Shown here: piece by piece, positions 37,158 through 49,594 of the stretch
Position numbering within the stretch: the stretch's first letter is position 1
Layout of the letters: each line of letters opens with the position of its first letter
DNA from: an uncultured delta proteobacterium
Lineage (GTDB): Bacteria; Desulfobacterota; Binatia; UBA9968
Length of the DNA: 64,000 bases
Direction: 5' to 3'
Assembly (NCBI GenBank): GCA_963804165.1
Contig: CAWDPO010000006.1
Coordinates: forward strand, 237,552-301,551
Position numbers and translations under genes: made by a program
The notes under the pieces: model-generated
Told to the model about the DNA's origin: nothing
Database searches by the model: none
What the model saw: the letters and a program-made list of their open reading frames with translations, nothing else

Positions 37158-37274
37158 GCCAGCGCTCGATGCTACGGCTTCCGCCGGCCATCGCGAGTTT
37201 CTTTCGTACGCCGGCCGATGAATCCGAGCACGGCAGCCTGGCTGAGTGAAGAGAACGATGATTGACACAAACCG

Positions 37275-40200
37275 CTATTTTTTTGCCGGATCGTAACCGA
37301 GTACCGGCGATAGCCAGCGCTCGACTTCGGCGACTTTCATGCCCTTGCGCGCAGCGTAAGACTCGACTTGATCTTTGCCGATCGAGTTGACGGCGAAGTA
37401 ATGTGCCTCGGAATGGGCGAAGTAAAGACCGCAAACCGCTGCTGCAGGAAACATGGCGAAGCTTTCCGTGAGCGTAATTCCAGTCGCTTCGCCGACGTGA
37501 AGCAAATCGAAAATGACCGGCTTCTCGGTATGATCGGGCTGGGCGGGATAACCCGGGGCCGGCCGGATGCCGCGATATTTCTCGGCGATCAGATCTTCAA
37601 TGCTGAATTTCTCGTCTTTGCCGTAGCCCCAGTCCGCGCGCACCCGCTTGTGCAACCACTCGGCGAAAGCCTCGGCTAACCGGTCCGCCAGCGCCTTCGC
37701 CATGATGGAATTGTATTGGTCGTGGTCCTTTTCGAAGCGCTCGGCCAGCTCCTGACAACCATGGCCCGTCGTAACGGCGAAGGCGCCGATGTAGTCAACC
37801 CGTCCGCTCTCGCGCGGCGCGATAAAGTCGGCGAGAGCGAGCTGCGGCTTGCCGCGCTGGTTGTCCTTCTGTTGACGCAGCGTGTGCAGCCGCGCGGCTT
37901 CCTGGGTGCGCGTGACGTCGGTAAAGACCACGATATCGTCGCTGTCGCTATTCGCCGGGAAAAAACCGTAGACGCCGTGGGCGGTGAATAATTTCTTATC
38001 AACGATCTCTTTGAGAAGTTCTTGCGCATTGGCGAACAACTCGCGGGCAGCCGGTCCGCGGGCCGGATCGTTCAGCAAATCCGGATAGCGCCCGCGGATT
38101 TCCCAGGTGTGAAAAAACGGCGACCAGTCGATAAACGGCACCAGCTCATGCAACGGGAACTCTTTCAACACCCGCTCCCCGGTAAACTCCGGCACCGCGA
38201 TATGATGACCGTCCCACTCGGTGTGCAGTTTGTGCCGCGCCGCTTCCTCATAAGTCAGCAACTGCGTGCTGACGCGGTTCTCGAATTGTTCGCGGATCTC
38301 TTCCTGATCTTTGCGGTTTTGCGAATCCAGCGCCCTGCGTGTGTCCGGCTTCATCAAGGCGCCAACCACCGGCACGGCCCGCGACGCGTCGATCACGTGA
38401 ATCGTTTCGTGCTTGTACGACGGCGCGATCTTGACCGCGGTATGGCGCTTGCTCGTCGTCGCGCCGCCGATGAGCAGCGGAACATTCAGACCGCGCCGGG
38501 TCATCTCAGCGGCGACGTGGGTCATTTCGTCGAGCGACGGCGTGATCAGCCCGCTTAAACCGATGATATCCGCTTTCTCTTGAATCGCGGTGTCGATGAT
38601 TTTGTCCGCGGGCACCATGACGCCGAGGTCGATGACGTCGTAATTATTGCAGCTCAACACCACGCCGACGATATTTTTACCGATGTCATGCACGTCGCCT
38701 TTGACCGTAGCGAAAACCAACTTGGTCCGCCGATCGACGTTTTGCGTCGCCTTTTTCTCGGCCTCGAGAAACGGCGTCAGAAAAGCTACGGCTTTTTTCA
38801 TCACGCGCGCCGACTTTACCACTTGCGGCAGAAACATTTTCCCCGAACCGAAAAGATCGCCGACGACGTTCATGCCGTCCATCAGCGGCCCTTCGATCAC
38901 CGATAGCGGCTTACCGTACTTGACCCGCGCCTCCTCGACGTCTTGATCGATAAAATCCGTGATGCCCTTGACGAGCGCGTGAGACAAGCGCTCTTCAACC
39001 GGGCCGTCGCGCCAGCTGTCGTCCTTGGTGACGGTTTTGTCGGTCTTTTTGACCGTTTCGGCGAACGTGACCAGCCGTTCCGTCGCATCGGGCCGACGGT
39101 TGAGCAGCACGTCTTCCACGAGTTCGAGCAAGTCTTTGGGGACCTCTTCATACACCGCGAGCATGCCGGGATTGACGATGCCCATGTCCATGCCGGCTTT
39201 GATCGCGTGATATAGAAACGCCGAGTGCATCGCCTCGCGCACCGGATTGTTGCCGCGAAAGGAGAACGAAATGTTGCTCACGCCGCCGCTCACTTTCGCC
39301 AGCGGGAGGTTTTGCTTGATCCAGCGTGTCGCTTCGATGAAATTGACCGCGTAGCTGTTGTGCTCTTCGATGCCCGTGCCAACGGTGAGAATGTTCGGAT
39401 CGAAGATAATTTCCTGAGGCGGAAAGCCGATGTGCTCGGTCAAAATCTTGTACGCTCGCGCGCAAACCTCGATTTTTCTTTCGTAGGTGTCCGCCTGGCC
39501 GCGCTCATCGAAAGCCATGACGATCACCGCCGCGCCGTAACGGCGAATCAACTTGGCCTGAGCGATGAATTTCTCTTCGCCTTCCTTGAGACTGATTGAG
39601 TTGACGATGCCCTTACCTTGTACGCACTTGAGCCCGGCTTCGATCACTTCCCACTTCGAGCTGTCGACCATCACCGGAACGCGGGCGATATCCGATTCAC
39701 CGGCGATGAGCCGGAGAAATTTCTCCATCGCGGCTTTGGAATCGAGCATGCCCTCGTCCATGTTGACGTCGATGATCTGCGCGCCGCCTTCGACCTGCTG
39801 GCGCGCCACGCTCACGGCTTTCTCAAAATCTCCCGCGAGCACGAGTTTGGCAAACACCGGCGAGCCGGTCACGTTGGTGCGCTCGCCGATATTGACGAAG
39901 TTCGACTCAGGCAGCAGGGTCACGCTTTCCAGGCCGCTTAGCCGCAAGTAGGGATCGACATTCGGCAGAACTGCGTGGAGGCTTTGTCTTCTCACCGCGT
40001 CGGCGATCGCTTTAATATGCGCCGGCGTCGTGCCACAGCAGCCGCCGACGATATTGAGCCAGCCATTTTCCACCCATTCGGTCAGCTGCGGCGCCAGTGA
40101 CTCCGGCGTTTCGGGAAAACCCGTGGGCAAAAGCGGATCGGGCAAGCCGGCGTTGGGATGACTGCTCACGTAAATCGGCGCGATGCTCGACAGCTCTTCG

Positions 40201-40978
40201 ATCAGCGGGCGCATCTCTTTCGGCCCGAGCGCGCAATTCATGCCGACGCTCAACAGCGGCACGTGGGAAATGGAGTTCCAGAACGCTTCGACCGTTTGCC
40301 CCGTCACGCCGCGATTGCTGCCCGGCTGAATGAAAGTGACGGAAGCCATGAGCGGAACGTGGATTTTCCGCTCGTCGAATAATTTGGCGATGGCGAAAAA
40401 AGCGGCTTTGGAGTTGAGCGTGTCGAAAATCGTCTCGACCAAAAGAAGATCGGCGCCGCCATCGATCAGGCCGCGCGCTTGTTCGTAGTAGGCGTCGACC
40501 AACTCTTCATACGTGACGCCGCGCGTCGCCGCGCTGTTCACGTCGGTGGAGATCGAGCAGGTGCGATTGGTCGGCCCGATAGCGCCGGCGACGAAACGCC
40601 GCCGCGAAGGGTCCTTCGCCATGACCCGTTCCGCCGCCCTTTTCGCGGCCCGTGCACCGGCAAGATTCAACTCGTAGACAAACGACTCCAAATGGTAATC
40701 GGCCATCGAGATCGATGTCGAGTTGAAGGTGTTGGTCTCTACAATATCGGCGCCGGCTTCTAGATACTGAACGTGAATGTCCGTGATCAAGTCCGGCTGC
40801 GTGATGCACAACAAATCGTTGCAGCCCTTCAGGTCTTTGGCATGATTCGCGAATCGCTCGCCGCGAAACGCTTGTTCGTCGAGCTTGTGCGACTTGAATC
40901 ATCGTGCCCATGGCGCCGTCGAGGATCGCAATGCGCCCGGCCAAGATATTTCGAAGTTGTTTTTCGCTCTCCGTTCAT
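37275..40978 (-). CDS. metH: B12-dependent methionine synthase (frameshifts near 40960 and 40895, probably sequence errors)
   Basis: [46 protein letters not shown]. Confidence 0.95.
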
Positions 40979-40991
40979 TTGCTCGCCTTTT

Positions 40992-41974
40992 TCATTTTTT
41001 AGCTTTGGGCATCATCGGCAACGTGGCCCGGGCGACGAAAATTTCCACCGGACGATTGCCGTTGCGCGCCAATTTTTCTCCGGCGAATGAGCCCGTCAAG
41101 TCGTAGTCGATGGATTCCGCACCGGCATCGCGGAACCATCCTTCAATTGCCGGTCGGTCGAAGCCAAGCCATTCGTGTGCCATCTGTTCGCGCATCCATT
41201 CTTGTTTATGCTGCACCAGGTCGACCACAATCACCGACCCGCCGGGACGCGTGATGCGGCAAAGCGCCGCGATCGCCCGCTCGGGCTCGGGAAGAAAATG
41301 CAGGACCATCACACAAAACGCCGCATCGACGCTGCCGGAAGCCAACGGCAGTTTGAAAATATCGCCCTGGCGGAACTCGACGTTGTGAGTCGCGCGTTCT
41401 TTTGCAACGCCGCGCGCCCGGCGCAACATTTCACTCGATAGATCGACACCGACCACTTTACGGGCAAACCGCGCCAACTCAAACGTTAAATTTCCTGTGC
41501 CGCAACCGATATCGGCGAGCGTGAGATCGCGCGGCAGCAACTTCTCGATCGCGAGAGAGGTCACGCGATCGTCAAAGTAACTTTTCCGGATGCGCTCCCA
41601 GTCTCCCGCCACCGATTCGAAGTAGCCCGCGATTGCCGGATACGTCGCCGCCGGCACGCTTCCAAGCGCGCCTGATCCTGCTTCACTTCAGGGATTTCGG
41701 CGAGGCGCGCCTGCAGAGACTTGAAAAGCGCGCGCGATGCATCCGGCATGTTCTCGCACAGGGAGAAATAAACGTTGGTTCCTTCCTTGCGGTCCTGGAC
41801 GAATCCCGCCTGGCGCAGTATGGCGAGATTGCGCGAGACCGAGGATTGCACCGAGTCCACCACTTCCTGCACTTCCCCGACCGTCAGCTCCTGCTCGGCG
41901 ACGGACGCGAGAATGCGCAGACGTAAAGGGTCGGCCAATGCTTTAAGGGTGCGAACAAACTCCATGGATGCCAT
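40992..41974 (-). CDS. ArsR-HTH / SAM-methyltransferase fusion regulator (SahR-like), frameshift near 41640
   Basis: KALADPLRLRIL..QSSVSRNLAILRQAG plus ADIGCGTG..MVLHF; directly upstream of metH. Confidence 0.85.
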
Positions 41975-41986
41975 CCAGCTTTCATC

Positions 41987-42015
41987 ATTATATATAAATA
42001 TTGTGATGTTTACAA
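41987..42015 (-). promoter_or_regulatory. Sigma70 promoter with overlapping AT-rich operator candidate
   Basis: TTGTAA (42015-42010), 17 bp, TATAAT (41992-41987); imperfect palindrome ACATCACAATATTTATATAT across the spacer. Confidence 0.55.
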
Positions 42016-42154
42016 CTACGCTTTGGATCGCTTTGAACGGCTCAAGTATCGGCGCGACCGATGACCGTTCTAGCGCGAGTAGGCGAGCTGCCGATCAATG
42101 ACTGAATTGAACACGGTGCGGAGATTGTCATGGGGCCGGCGAGATACAGAACCC

Positions 42155-42781
42155 TCATTGCCACCGCGATGTGAACAAATCGACAACGTGGTGGATGGCT
42201 TCGATCGTCGAATAACAGTGTAATTTCGGCTGGCGGCGGATCCGATAGGTCGACGGCGACGGCGGTTCGAAGCAGATTGCTGGAAGGCTCGCCAAGTTAG
42301 AATTCAAGCGGAGCATTTTTCGCACACTCTTCCACGTGCCGTCCAGGACGAATACGACCAACTTCCTCCCAGCCGGCACCAGCGCCGCGCGCGCGGCGGG
42401 CGATTGCCGTGAAAGATTGATCGAGTCGTTGCTTGGATAAAGCAGTACGGGAAAACTCGCCGCGTTTTGAAGCTCGCGATGGACTCGAACATCTTGGGAA
42501 AAATCCACCCCTTCGAGGAGGACGGAGTTGCGCAAACAGAGATGGGCCATCCGGCCGGTGCCAAGACGGTGCTTGGCTTCGCGCGGCTGTATCAGGATAA
42601 TAAAGCGCGGCTCCGATTCGAACGGCTCGATGAGCGAACAATAACAAACCGCGCGCGGTCGCCGGCAAGAAAGGCACGCGGCCCGATACTCGGCGCGATC
42701 GACAAGCCTGCTGGCCCGAAGGCGAATGGGTATCCGCGGAATATCATCATCGGCAAAAACAATCCGGCGGGCACGATTCAA
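42155..42781 (-). CDS. DTW-domain tRNA-uridine aminocarboxypropyltransferase (TapT-like)
   Basis: CLSC..CYC, GTGRMA, LDGTWK, STIEAI. Confidence 0.88.
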   Translation of the reverse strand: MNRARRIVFADDDIPRIPIRLRASRLVDRAEYRAACLSCRRPRAVCYCSLIEPFESEPRFIILIQPREAKHRLGTGRMAHLCLRNSVLLEGVDFSQDVRVHRELQNAASFPVLLYPSNDSINLSRQSPAARAALVPAGRKLVVFVLDGTWKSVRKMLRLNSNLASLPAICFEPPSPSTYRIRRQPKLHCYSTIEAIHHVVDLFTSRWQ

Positions 42782-43365
42782 CTGGTTTTTTGCACCAATA
42801 TTCCCGCGCGAAAGGACGGATCGTCGCCGTCAGCGACATTTTCCTTCGCGGTAGCAAAGCACCCGGAACTCGCGAAAGTGATCCAGCAACTCGTTATGCT
42901 GAAGCAGGTACTCAGGATTTTTCGGATGACCGATTTCTCTCTGATCGATTAAATAGGTTTCGAAGACGATATGCCCGCCGACTCTGAGGGCTGATTTCAT
43001 TTTAGGAATCAGCGACCGCTCAAGATAGTTGAAATTAATGATGAGATCGAAGGCGGCCTCGAGGCAACTGGATCTGCTCGAGATCTGCGCGCTGCCACGA
43101 TGAAAGCTCACGATTTTCCTGCGTCCGCGACCGACCTTCTTCTAATGCGACAGCAGAGATGTCCATCGCGACGACCTCAAACCCGAGTTCCGGCAAGAAC
43201 AGAGCATTGCGCCCCTTGCCGCAAGCGACATCCAGCGCTCGGCCCGCGCGGGAATGCCCAAGCGCCCGCTTGCACAGAACTTCCCTCAAGAAACTCGACG
43301 GCTGTGCCGGTCCCTGGGTTTGCCATGTTGCCGATCCCATCTTACTTGATCATCTTGAGCGACAT
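42778..43365 (-). CDS. Class I SAM methyltransferase (TehB-like), multiple frameshifts
   Basis: ALDVACGKGRNALFL and FDLIINFNYLERSL..NPEYLL in different frames. Confidence 0.75.
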
Positions 43366-43394
43366 AAGCGATCATCGTCAAAAAAGTCGTATCC

Positions 43395-44164
43395 TCAGGA
43401 CACGGCCCGCGCCAGCGTCACCACGAAAACTTCGTTTCGCGCCGTTTCGCTTCAATATCCGGCTGCATTCATTTACTGTCGCGCCCGAAGTGTAAACATC
43501 GTCGACGAGCAAGACCGATTTTGTCCTTCGACGGATCGATCCGGATGAGCTACAAACGCGCCGCGGACATTGCGCCGCCGTTCGTCTTCGGCGAGTTGGG
43601 TTTGCGCCGCCGTTTCCTTGCGCCGCCGCAGCACAAAGGGATCCATCGGGATGTTGTAAGCTCGGCTGATTTGTCGTGCGAGCAGCACGGATTGATTGAA
43701 ACCGCGCCAGCGCAGCCTTTGCGATGCAGCGGAACGGGAATGATCAAATCAGCGGGCATGCGCTGAGAAACTCCTGCACAACCGCGCGCCATCAACCGTC
43801 CGAGCGGCTTGCCGAGTGCGACCCTTCTGCCGTATTTGAATTTTTGCACCACCTGGCGCAGTGGATGTTCTGTCGACTTCCTCGCGCGGATAACAGGCCC
43901 AGGCGCGCGCCGAAACAAACTGCGGCGCCCGGGAAAGACACACGCCGCAGGTGTGATCGTCGCCGCTGGCATCGGGAAACGGCCGTCCGCAAAGATGACA
44001 GAGGGATGGGAAATCAGTTGGATATGTTGCCAGCAGCCCGAGCAAAAATATTCCGCATCCCGGCCGTGGATCCGGCCGCCGCAGGCGCGGCAACGCGGTG
44101 GATAGAGCCAGTCCACCAGCCAATCGAAACGATCCGCCAGAGAAGTTTCCGAACGTATTTCCAC
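43395..44164 (-). CDS. comF: ComF-family amidophosphoribosyltransferase-like protein, multiple frameshifts
   Basis: LYPPRCRACG zinc finger, IIPVPLH, VLLVDDVYTSGAT, VTLARA; start approximate. Confidence 0.8.
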
Positions 44165-44293
44165 AGATCGTTTCGCACTGTAGCAAATTGAATGAAGCGG
44201 GCGAAGAAAAAAATCGCACGCCGGTAAGAAGGGGCACCCATCTTGGAGAATCGAAGGAAAAGTTGAATGTCTCAATGCTACGCGTGTCGGGGA

Positions 44294-45837
44294 TTATGTT
44301 TCGACGATCAAGGACTGGCCGGTCATCTCTTTCGGCTGCGGTATTTTGAGAAGCTGTAGGAGGGTTGGCGCGATGTCGATGCCGGTGCCCGCGTTGAGCC
44401 GGCATTTTTTCCGCTCTTCATCGATCAGAATTATCGGCACGAGATTAGTCGTATGGGCCGTGTGCGGCATGCCGGTGTCGTAGTCGATCAGTTGCTCGAT
44501 ATTGCCATGATCGGCGGTGATGATCACTTTCCCCTTCTTGCTCAGCGCCGCGTCGACGACTTGGCCGAGGCAATCATCGATCACTTCGACGGCTTTTACC
44601 GAAGCTTCGAAATTACCCGTGTGGCCAACCATGTCGGCGTTGGCGTAATTGGCGATGACCAGCCCGATGTCCCGTTCGCGCAAGTACTTGGTCAGTGCTT
44701 CGGTCACTGGCCGCGCGCTCATTTCGGGCTTCAGGTCATAGGTCGCGACGTCCTTCGGCGAAGGAATCAAAATCCGCTCTTCGCCGGGGAACTCTTTTTC
44801 TTCCCCACCATTGAAAAAGTAGGTCACATGGGCGTACTTCTCCGTCTCCGCGATGCGCAGCTGGCGAACGCCCGCCTGGCTCGCTATTTCGCCGACGATT
44901 TTTCGAATCTCCCGTGGTGCATAGGCGGCTGGTACTTTGAACGTCTCGTCGTACTGCGTCATGGTCGCGTAGGTGGCGAGACGCAATGTCGCTTGCGCGG
45001 AAATTCTTTAAAATCTTCTTGGGTCAGGGCGCGAGTCAATTCGCGCGCCCGATCGGCGCGAAAATTAAAAAAGATCACGCCGTCACCGTCGCGGATCAAG
45101 CCTTCGGGAACCGCACCCTCGATCACCGTCGGCAAAACAAATTCGTCGGTTACCTTTTCCTTGTAACTGTGGCGAATCGCTTCCAGAGGCGAGGGCGCCT
45201 TGTTGCCGACTCCTTCGGTCAGGCAATTGTAAGCTTTCTCGACTCGATCCCAGCGTTTGTCCCGGTCCATGGCGTAATATCGCCCGCTGACCGTAGCGAT
45301 TTTGACATTGGGGTAAGCTTTCAGTTTCTCGTTAAGATCGAGCATGAACTGCTCGGCGCTGTTCGGCGGCGTGTCGCGCCCGTCCAAAAACAAGTGGAGA
45401 TAAACGTTGCCCAGCTTTTCCTGGCGCGCCATCTCGATCAGCGCCTCCATGTGGCGCTGGTGGCTATGCACACCGCCGTCACCGAGAAGACCCATGAAAT
45501 GTAATCGATCGCTTCTTTCCTTAGTCTTGCGCAGGGCTTCCAGGAGAACGGAATTCTTGAAAAACTTGCCCCCGTCGATGTCTTTGTGAATCAGCGTCAG
45601 ATCCTGATAAACGATCCGGCCGGCGCCGAGGATCATGTGGCCGACTTCCGAGTTCCCCATCTGTCCCGCCGGCAAGCCGACATCGACCCCGGACATGGAC
45701 ATGCGCGAATTGGGATAATCACGCAGGAGCGCGTCTAGATTGGTCGTCGACGCATGGGCGATGGCATTGCCTTCTTTTCGCGGATTGATGCCGAACCCGT
45801 CCAAAATCACGAGGATCACGGGCTGCGTTGTGGTCAA
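44294..45837 (-). CDS. gpmI: 2,3-BPG-independent phosphoglycerate mutase (frameshift near 44985)
   Basis: [47 protein letters not shown]. Confidence 0.95.
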
Positions 45838-45921
45838 AGTGGATTCCTTTCTTCGGCGCTGGTTCAGCAGATTGGGCGAGTCCAGATGGAGATAATCGAA
45901 CTATGGAATTACCGCCGCCCG

Positions 45922-46335
45922 CTAAGACATCTGCTCATCGGCAAGCTGAAACTGGTCGACAAGCTTCGCGTAAGCTTCCGGCAATGTCGCTCTCGGCGCG
46001 TGACCCCATAGTCCGTCGAGATCGTAAAACTCGCGTACCGGCTCGTAAAAGACGTGAGCGATGACATCGGAAAAATCGATCAACACCCAGTGACCGCGCT
46101 GCATCCCCTCGACGGCGAAGGGCTTGAACCCTTCTTCGCGGCCATTTTCGTCAAGCCCCTGGGCGATGCTTTGCACTTGGCGGTCCGAACGGCCCGAGCA
46201 CAAGATGAAATAGTCCGCGATCGACGTGAGCTCGCGAACATCCAGCACCACTAAATCATAGGCTTTCTTCTCTAGCGCGAAGCGCGTCAAGAACAGGGCT
46301 TTTTCCCATGAGCTGATCGCCGCCAATGTCGTCAT
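45922..46335 (-). CDS. rsfS: Ribosome silencing factor (Iojap)
   Basis: IADYFILCSGRSDRQV, WVLIDF.DV, REFYDLDGLW; follows nadD. Confidence 0.93.
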   Translation of the reverse strand: MTTLAAISSWEKALFLTRFALEKKAYDLVVLDVRELTSIADYFILCSGRSDRQVQSIAQGLDENGREEGFKPFAVEGMQRGHWVLIDFSDVIAHVFYEPVREFYDLDGLWGHAPRATLPEAYAKLVDQFQLADEQMS

Positions 46336-46994
46336 CTCTCCCCGCGTCGGCCGCGATACAGCCCGCGCCGCTTGATATATTTTGCCACCTCGGATGGGAG
46401 TAAATAACGGATGGATTTCTCCTGTTTCACCAATGCGCGAATTTCCGACGCCGAGATGGCGATATCTGTCAGTTCGATAAAGTAAATGCGCGTGCCGCTC
46501 TGATGACAATAATGCTTATGCTTTGAATCATAACAAAAGAGCTTTTTTACAGCAACGCCGGTGCCCTTAAGTGGATCGTTGTCCTTGCTGCCCGGCCGAG
46601 ACGTGACGATAAAATTGCACAGCGGAAAAATCTCGCGAAAATCCTTCCACGTGCCAATCTCGCGAAAAGCATCCAGCCCGATGATAAAATAGAGGGAATC
46701 CTTGGGCCGTTTGCCTCTGGCAAACGCGCGGATCGTGTCGATCGAGTAAGAAACGCCGGCGCGCGATAGTTCCTCGGTGGACACGTTGAATCGAGGATTT
46801 CGCGCCACCGCCAGGCGCACCATCCGCAAACGATCGCGCGCCGGCGTTGCGGTCTTTCCACGTTTGTGCGGCGGAATTGACGCCGGGATGAAATGCACGC
46901 GATCGAGCCCGTACGTTTCGCTGACTTCCTCAGCGCTGCGCAGATGCCCCCAATGGATCGGGTCGAAGGTGCCGCCGAAAAGACCGATTTTCAT
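46332..46994 (-). CDS. nadD: Nicotinate-nucleotide adenylyltransferase
   Basis: GGTFDPIHWGH, ISASEIR. Confidence 0.95.
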   Translation of the reverse strand: MKIGLFGGTFDPIHWGHLRSAEEVSETYGLDRVHFIPASIPPHKRGKTATPARDRLRMVRLAVARNPRFNVSTEELSRAGVSYSIDTIRAFARGKRPKDSLYFIIGLDAFREIGTWKDFREIFPLCNFIVTSRPGSKDNDPLKGTGVAVKKLFCYDSKHKHYCHQSGTRIYFIELTDIAISASEIRALVKQEKSIRYLLPSEVAKYIKRRGLYRGRRGER

Positions 46995-47163
46995 GAGGCG
47001 GCAAGGAACCCTGTAGCGAATCCGGTCAAGAGATCCGTAACGGAACGGCAGGAGTCAGAGAAGCATTCGGGGTAAAGGATAAGGGATATGATTATTTTGT
47101 GCGGCAAATCGTGTTGCATCCTGCTTCCGCCCTCCACCTTCATCCATCCGCCTTTGGCGTAAC

Positions 47164-48435
47164 TTACTCGCGAATCTGTCCGTCGCCGAAAACAATGAAT
47201 TTGGTTGTCGTCAACTCCTCCAACCCCATCGGGCCAAAGGCATGAATTTTACTCGTGCTGATGCCGATCTCGGCGCCCAAGCCCAGCTCGCCGCCGTCGT
47301 TGAACCGCGTCGACGCATTGACCATCACGGCCGACGAGTTGACCCGCTCGATGAACTCCCGCGATTTTTGATAATTGGTCGTGACGATGGTTTCGGTATG
47401 TTCCGAGCCGTAGCGCTCGATGTGATCGATCGCTTGGTCGATGTCTTTCACGATGCGCACGGCGAGAATCAGATCGAGGTACTCTTCAGTCCAATCCGCG
47501 TCGGTGGCCGATTTGATCCCCGCCACCAGCGCGCGAGTATTCTCACAGCCGCGAACTTCGACGCCCGCGGCCTGAAACTTAGTGATCATCGGCGGTAAAA
47601 ATTTTGCCGCGATCGCTTCGTGCACGAGTAAAGTTTCCATGGCGTTACAAACCGATGGCCGCTGCACTTTGGCGTTAAAACAGATCTGTTCGGCCATCGC
47701 CAGGGACGCATCGGCTTCGACATACACGTGACAGACGCCTTTGTAGTGTTTGATCACCGGGACTTTGGAATTCGCCACCACGGCGCGAATGAGATCCTCG
47801 CCGCCGCGCGGGATGATGAGATCGATATACTGTTCCAGTTGCAGTAGCTCGTTGACCAGGGTGCGATCTTTGTGCTGCACAACTTGCACGGCGTCCTGCG
47901 GCACGCGGGTCTCGGCACAGGCTTGGCGCAGCACGGCGCCGATCGCCTGGTTGGAATGGTGCGCTTCGCTGCCGCCGCGCAAGATCACCGCGTTGCCGGA
48001 TTTCAAACACAGCGCCGCAGCGTCCGCCGTGACGTTGGGCCGCGCTTCGTAAATCATTCCGATCACTCCGAGGGGAATACGCATACGCCCGACCTGCAAA
48101 CCGTTCGGGCGGCGCCACATTTTCGTCACTTCGCGCACCGGATCGGGCAACGCGACAACCTCGCGCAACCCATTCGCCATCGCCTTTATACGTACAGGAT
48201 CAAGCGCGATACGATCGAGCAGCGCGCTCGATACACCATCCTCCTTGGCGAACTCGATATCCTTGTTGTTTTCTTCCACGAGGAAGGTGGATTGCGCTTC
48301 AAGCTTTTCGGCCATCAGCAGCAAAGCTCGATTCTTTTCCGCCGACGACAGCGGCGCCAGTAGGCGAGCGGCGATCTTGGCCTGCTTGCCGAGACGAAGC
48401 GCTTCCTGTTTTAGTTTATCGCTTGTACCTGACAT
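47164..48435 (-). CDS. proA: Gamma-glutamyl phosphate reductase
   Basis: [34 protein letters not shown]. Confidence 0.96.
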   Translation of the reverse strand: MSGTSDKLKQEALRLGKQAKIAARLLAPLSSAEKNRALLLMAEKLEAQSTFLVEENNKDIEFAKEDGVSSALLDRIALDPVRIKAMANGLREVVALPDPVREVTKMWRRPNGLQVGRMRIPLGVIGMIYEARPNVTADAAALCLKSGNAVILRGGSEAHHSNQAIGAVLRQACAETRVPQDAVQVVQHKDRTLVNELLQLEQYIDLIIPRGGEDLIRAVVANSKVPVIKHYKGVCHVYVEADASLAMAEQICFNAKVQRPSVCNAMETLLVHEAIAAKFLPPMITKFQAAGVEVRGCENTRALVAGIKSATDADWTEEYLDLILAVRIVKDIDQAIDHIERYGSEHTETIVTTNYQKSREFIERVNSSAVMVNASTRFNDGGELGLGAEIGISTSKIHAFGPMGLEELTTTKFIVFGDGQIRE

Positions 48436-48442
48436 CCGCTTC

Positions 48443-49594
48443 TCACAACACGACCAGATCGTCGCGGTGAATAATTTCTTCGTACGCCTTATAACCCAGC
48501 ATTTTTTCAATCCTGCTTGTATGCAATCCTTTGATCTGATTCAACTCCTGAGCGCTATAGTTGACCAAGCCGCGCGCGAATTCCCGTCCGTCCAAGTCCA
48601 GGCAGCGCACACACTCGCCAACGCCGAACGCGCCGCGGACTTCTTTCAAGCCCGACGGCAAAAGACTCTTACCCTTTTGTACGACGGCATCGTGGGCGCC
48701 TTGATCGACGACTATCTCGCCGGCAGGTTTCAAGTTGTAGGCAATCCAATGCTTGCGGCTGGTGAGTCGAGTGGCTTCCGCCAAGATCAACGTGCCTACC
48801 GCATGCTTCTCCTCAAATACTTTGCCGAGGATATCACCGTGCAAGCCGCTGGCGATCACAGTCGGAATACCCGCCGCCGCTGCCTCCTCCGCCGCGCCCA
48901 GCTTGGTCGCGATTCCTCCCGTCCCGACGATGCTGAGACTCTGCCCTTCGATAGTTTGTCTCAACCCCTTGGCCGCGGTGATCAAGGGAATGAGTTGAGC
49001 GTCCGCATGGGCCCGTGGATCCTTATCGTAAACTCCCTCGACGTCGCTGAGAACGACCAGCAGATCCGCTTCGAGCAGGGTTGCCACCAGCGCCGACAAA
49101 TGATCGTTGTCGCCGAATTTCATTTCTTCGACGGCCACCGTGTCATTCTCATTAACGATGGGAATGATCGCCGACTCCAATAACACCTGAAAAGTATGCT
49201 TGGCGTTGATATAGCGCTGGCGGTTGGCCAAGTCTTCATGTGTCAACAGCACCTGCGCCACGCTCTTGTCAAACTTCGAAAACGCGCGTTCGTAGAGCGC
49301 CATGAGCTTGATCTGACCGACGGCGGCCAGCGCCTGCTTTTCCGGAATCGTCTTCGGCCGTTCCTTTCGTCCCAAGCGCGTCATCCCCGCCGCCACTGCG
49401 CCTGAGCTCACAACAATGATCTCCTTCTTCTGGTCGTGCAACTCCGCAAGCTCGCGCACCAATCCACGCAGCCGGGCTTCCTCGATACCGTCGCTCGATG
49501 AAAGGATCTGGCTGCCGATCTTGACCACCACACGGCGCGCACGCCGCAGGATCTCCTTCTTATAGTCCAGCTGCGTCACGAGTTGTTTCGACAT
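48443..49594 (-). CDS. proB: Glutamate 5-kinase
   Basis: [26 protein letters not shown]; PUA domain; start approximate. Confidence 0.96.
   Translation of the reverse strand: MSKQLVTQLDYKKEILRRARRVVVKIGSQILSSSDGIEEARLRGLVRELAELHDQKKEIIVVSSGAVAAGMTRLGRKERPKTIPEKQALAAVGQIKLMALYERAFSKFDKSVAQVLLTHEDLANRQRYINAKHTFQVLLESAIIPIVNENDTVAVEEMKFGDNDHLSALVATLLEADLLVVLSDVEGVYDKDPRAHADAQLIPLITAAKGLRQTIEGQSLSIVGTGGIATKLGAAEEAAAAGIPTVIASGLHGDILGKVFEEKHAVGTLILAEATRLTSRKHWIAYNLKPAGEIVVDQGAHDAVVQKGKSLLPSGLKEVRGAFGVGECVRCLDLDGREFARGLVNYSAQELNQIKGLHTSRIEKMLGYKAYEEIIHRDDLVVL

Noticed and set aside
12500-37200. Prophage, ICE or integron
   Set aside because: No integrase, phage structural or conjugation genes, att repeats or recurring attC-like sites; genes are in mixed orientation.
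40880-45000. Programmed frameshifting in metH, comF or gpmI
   Set aside because: Several breaks per gene, no consistent slippery motifs, and no precedent I know of for these families; sequencing error is simpler.
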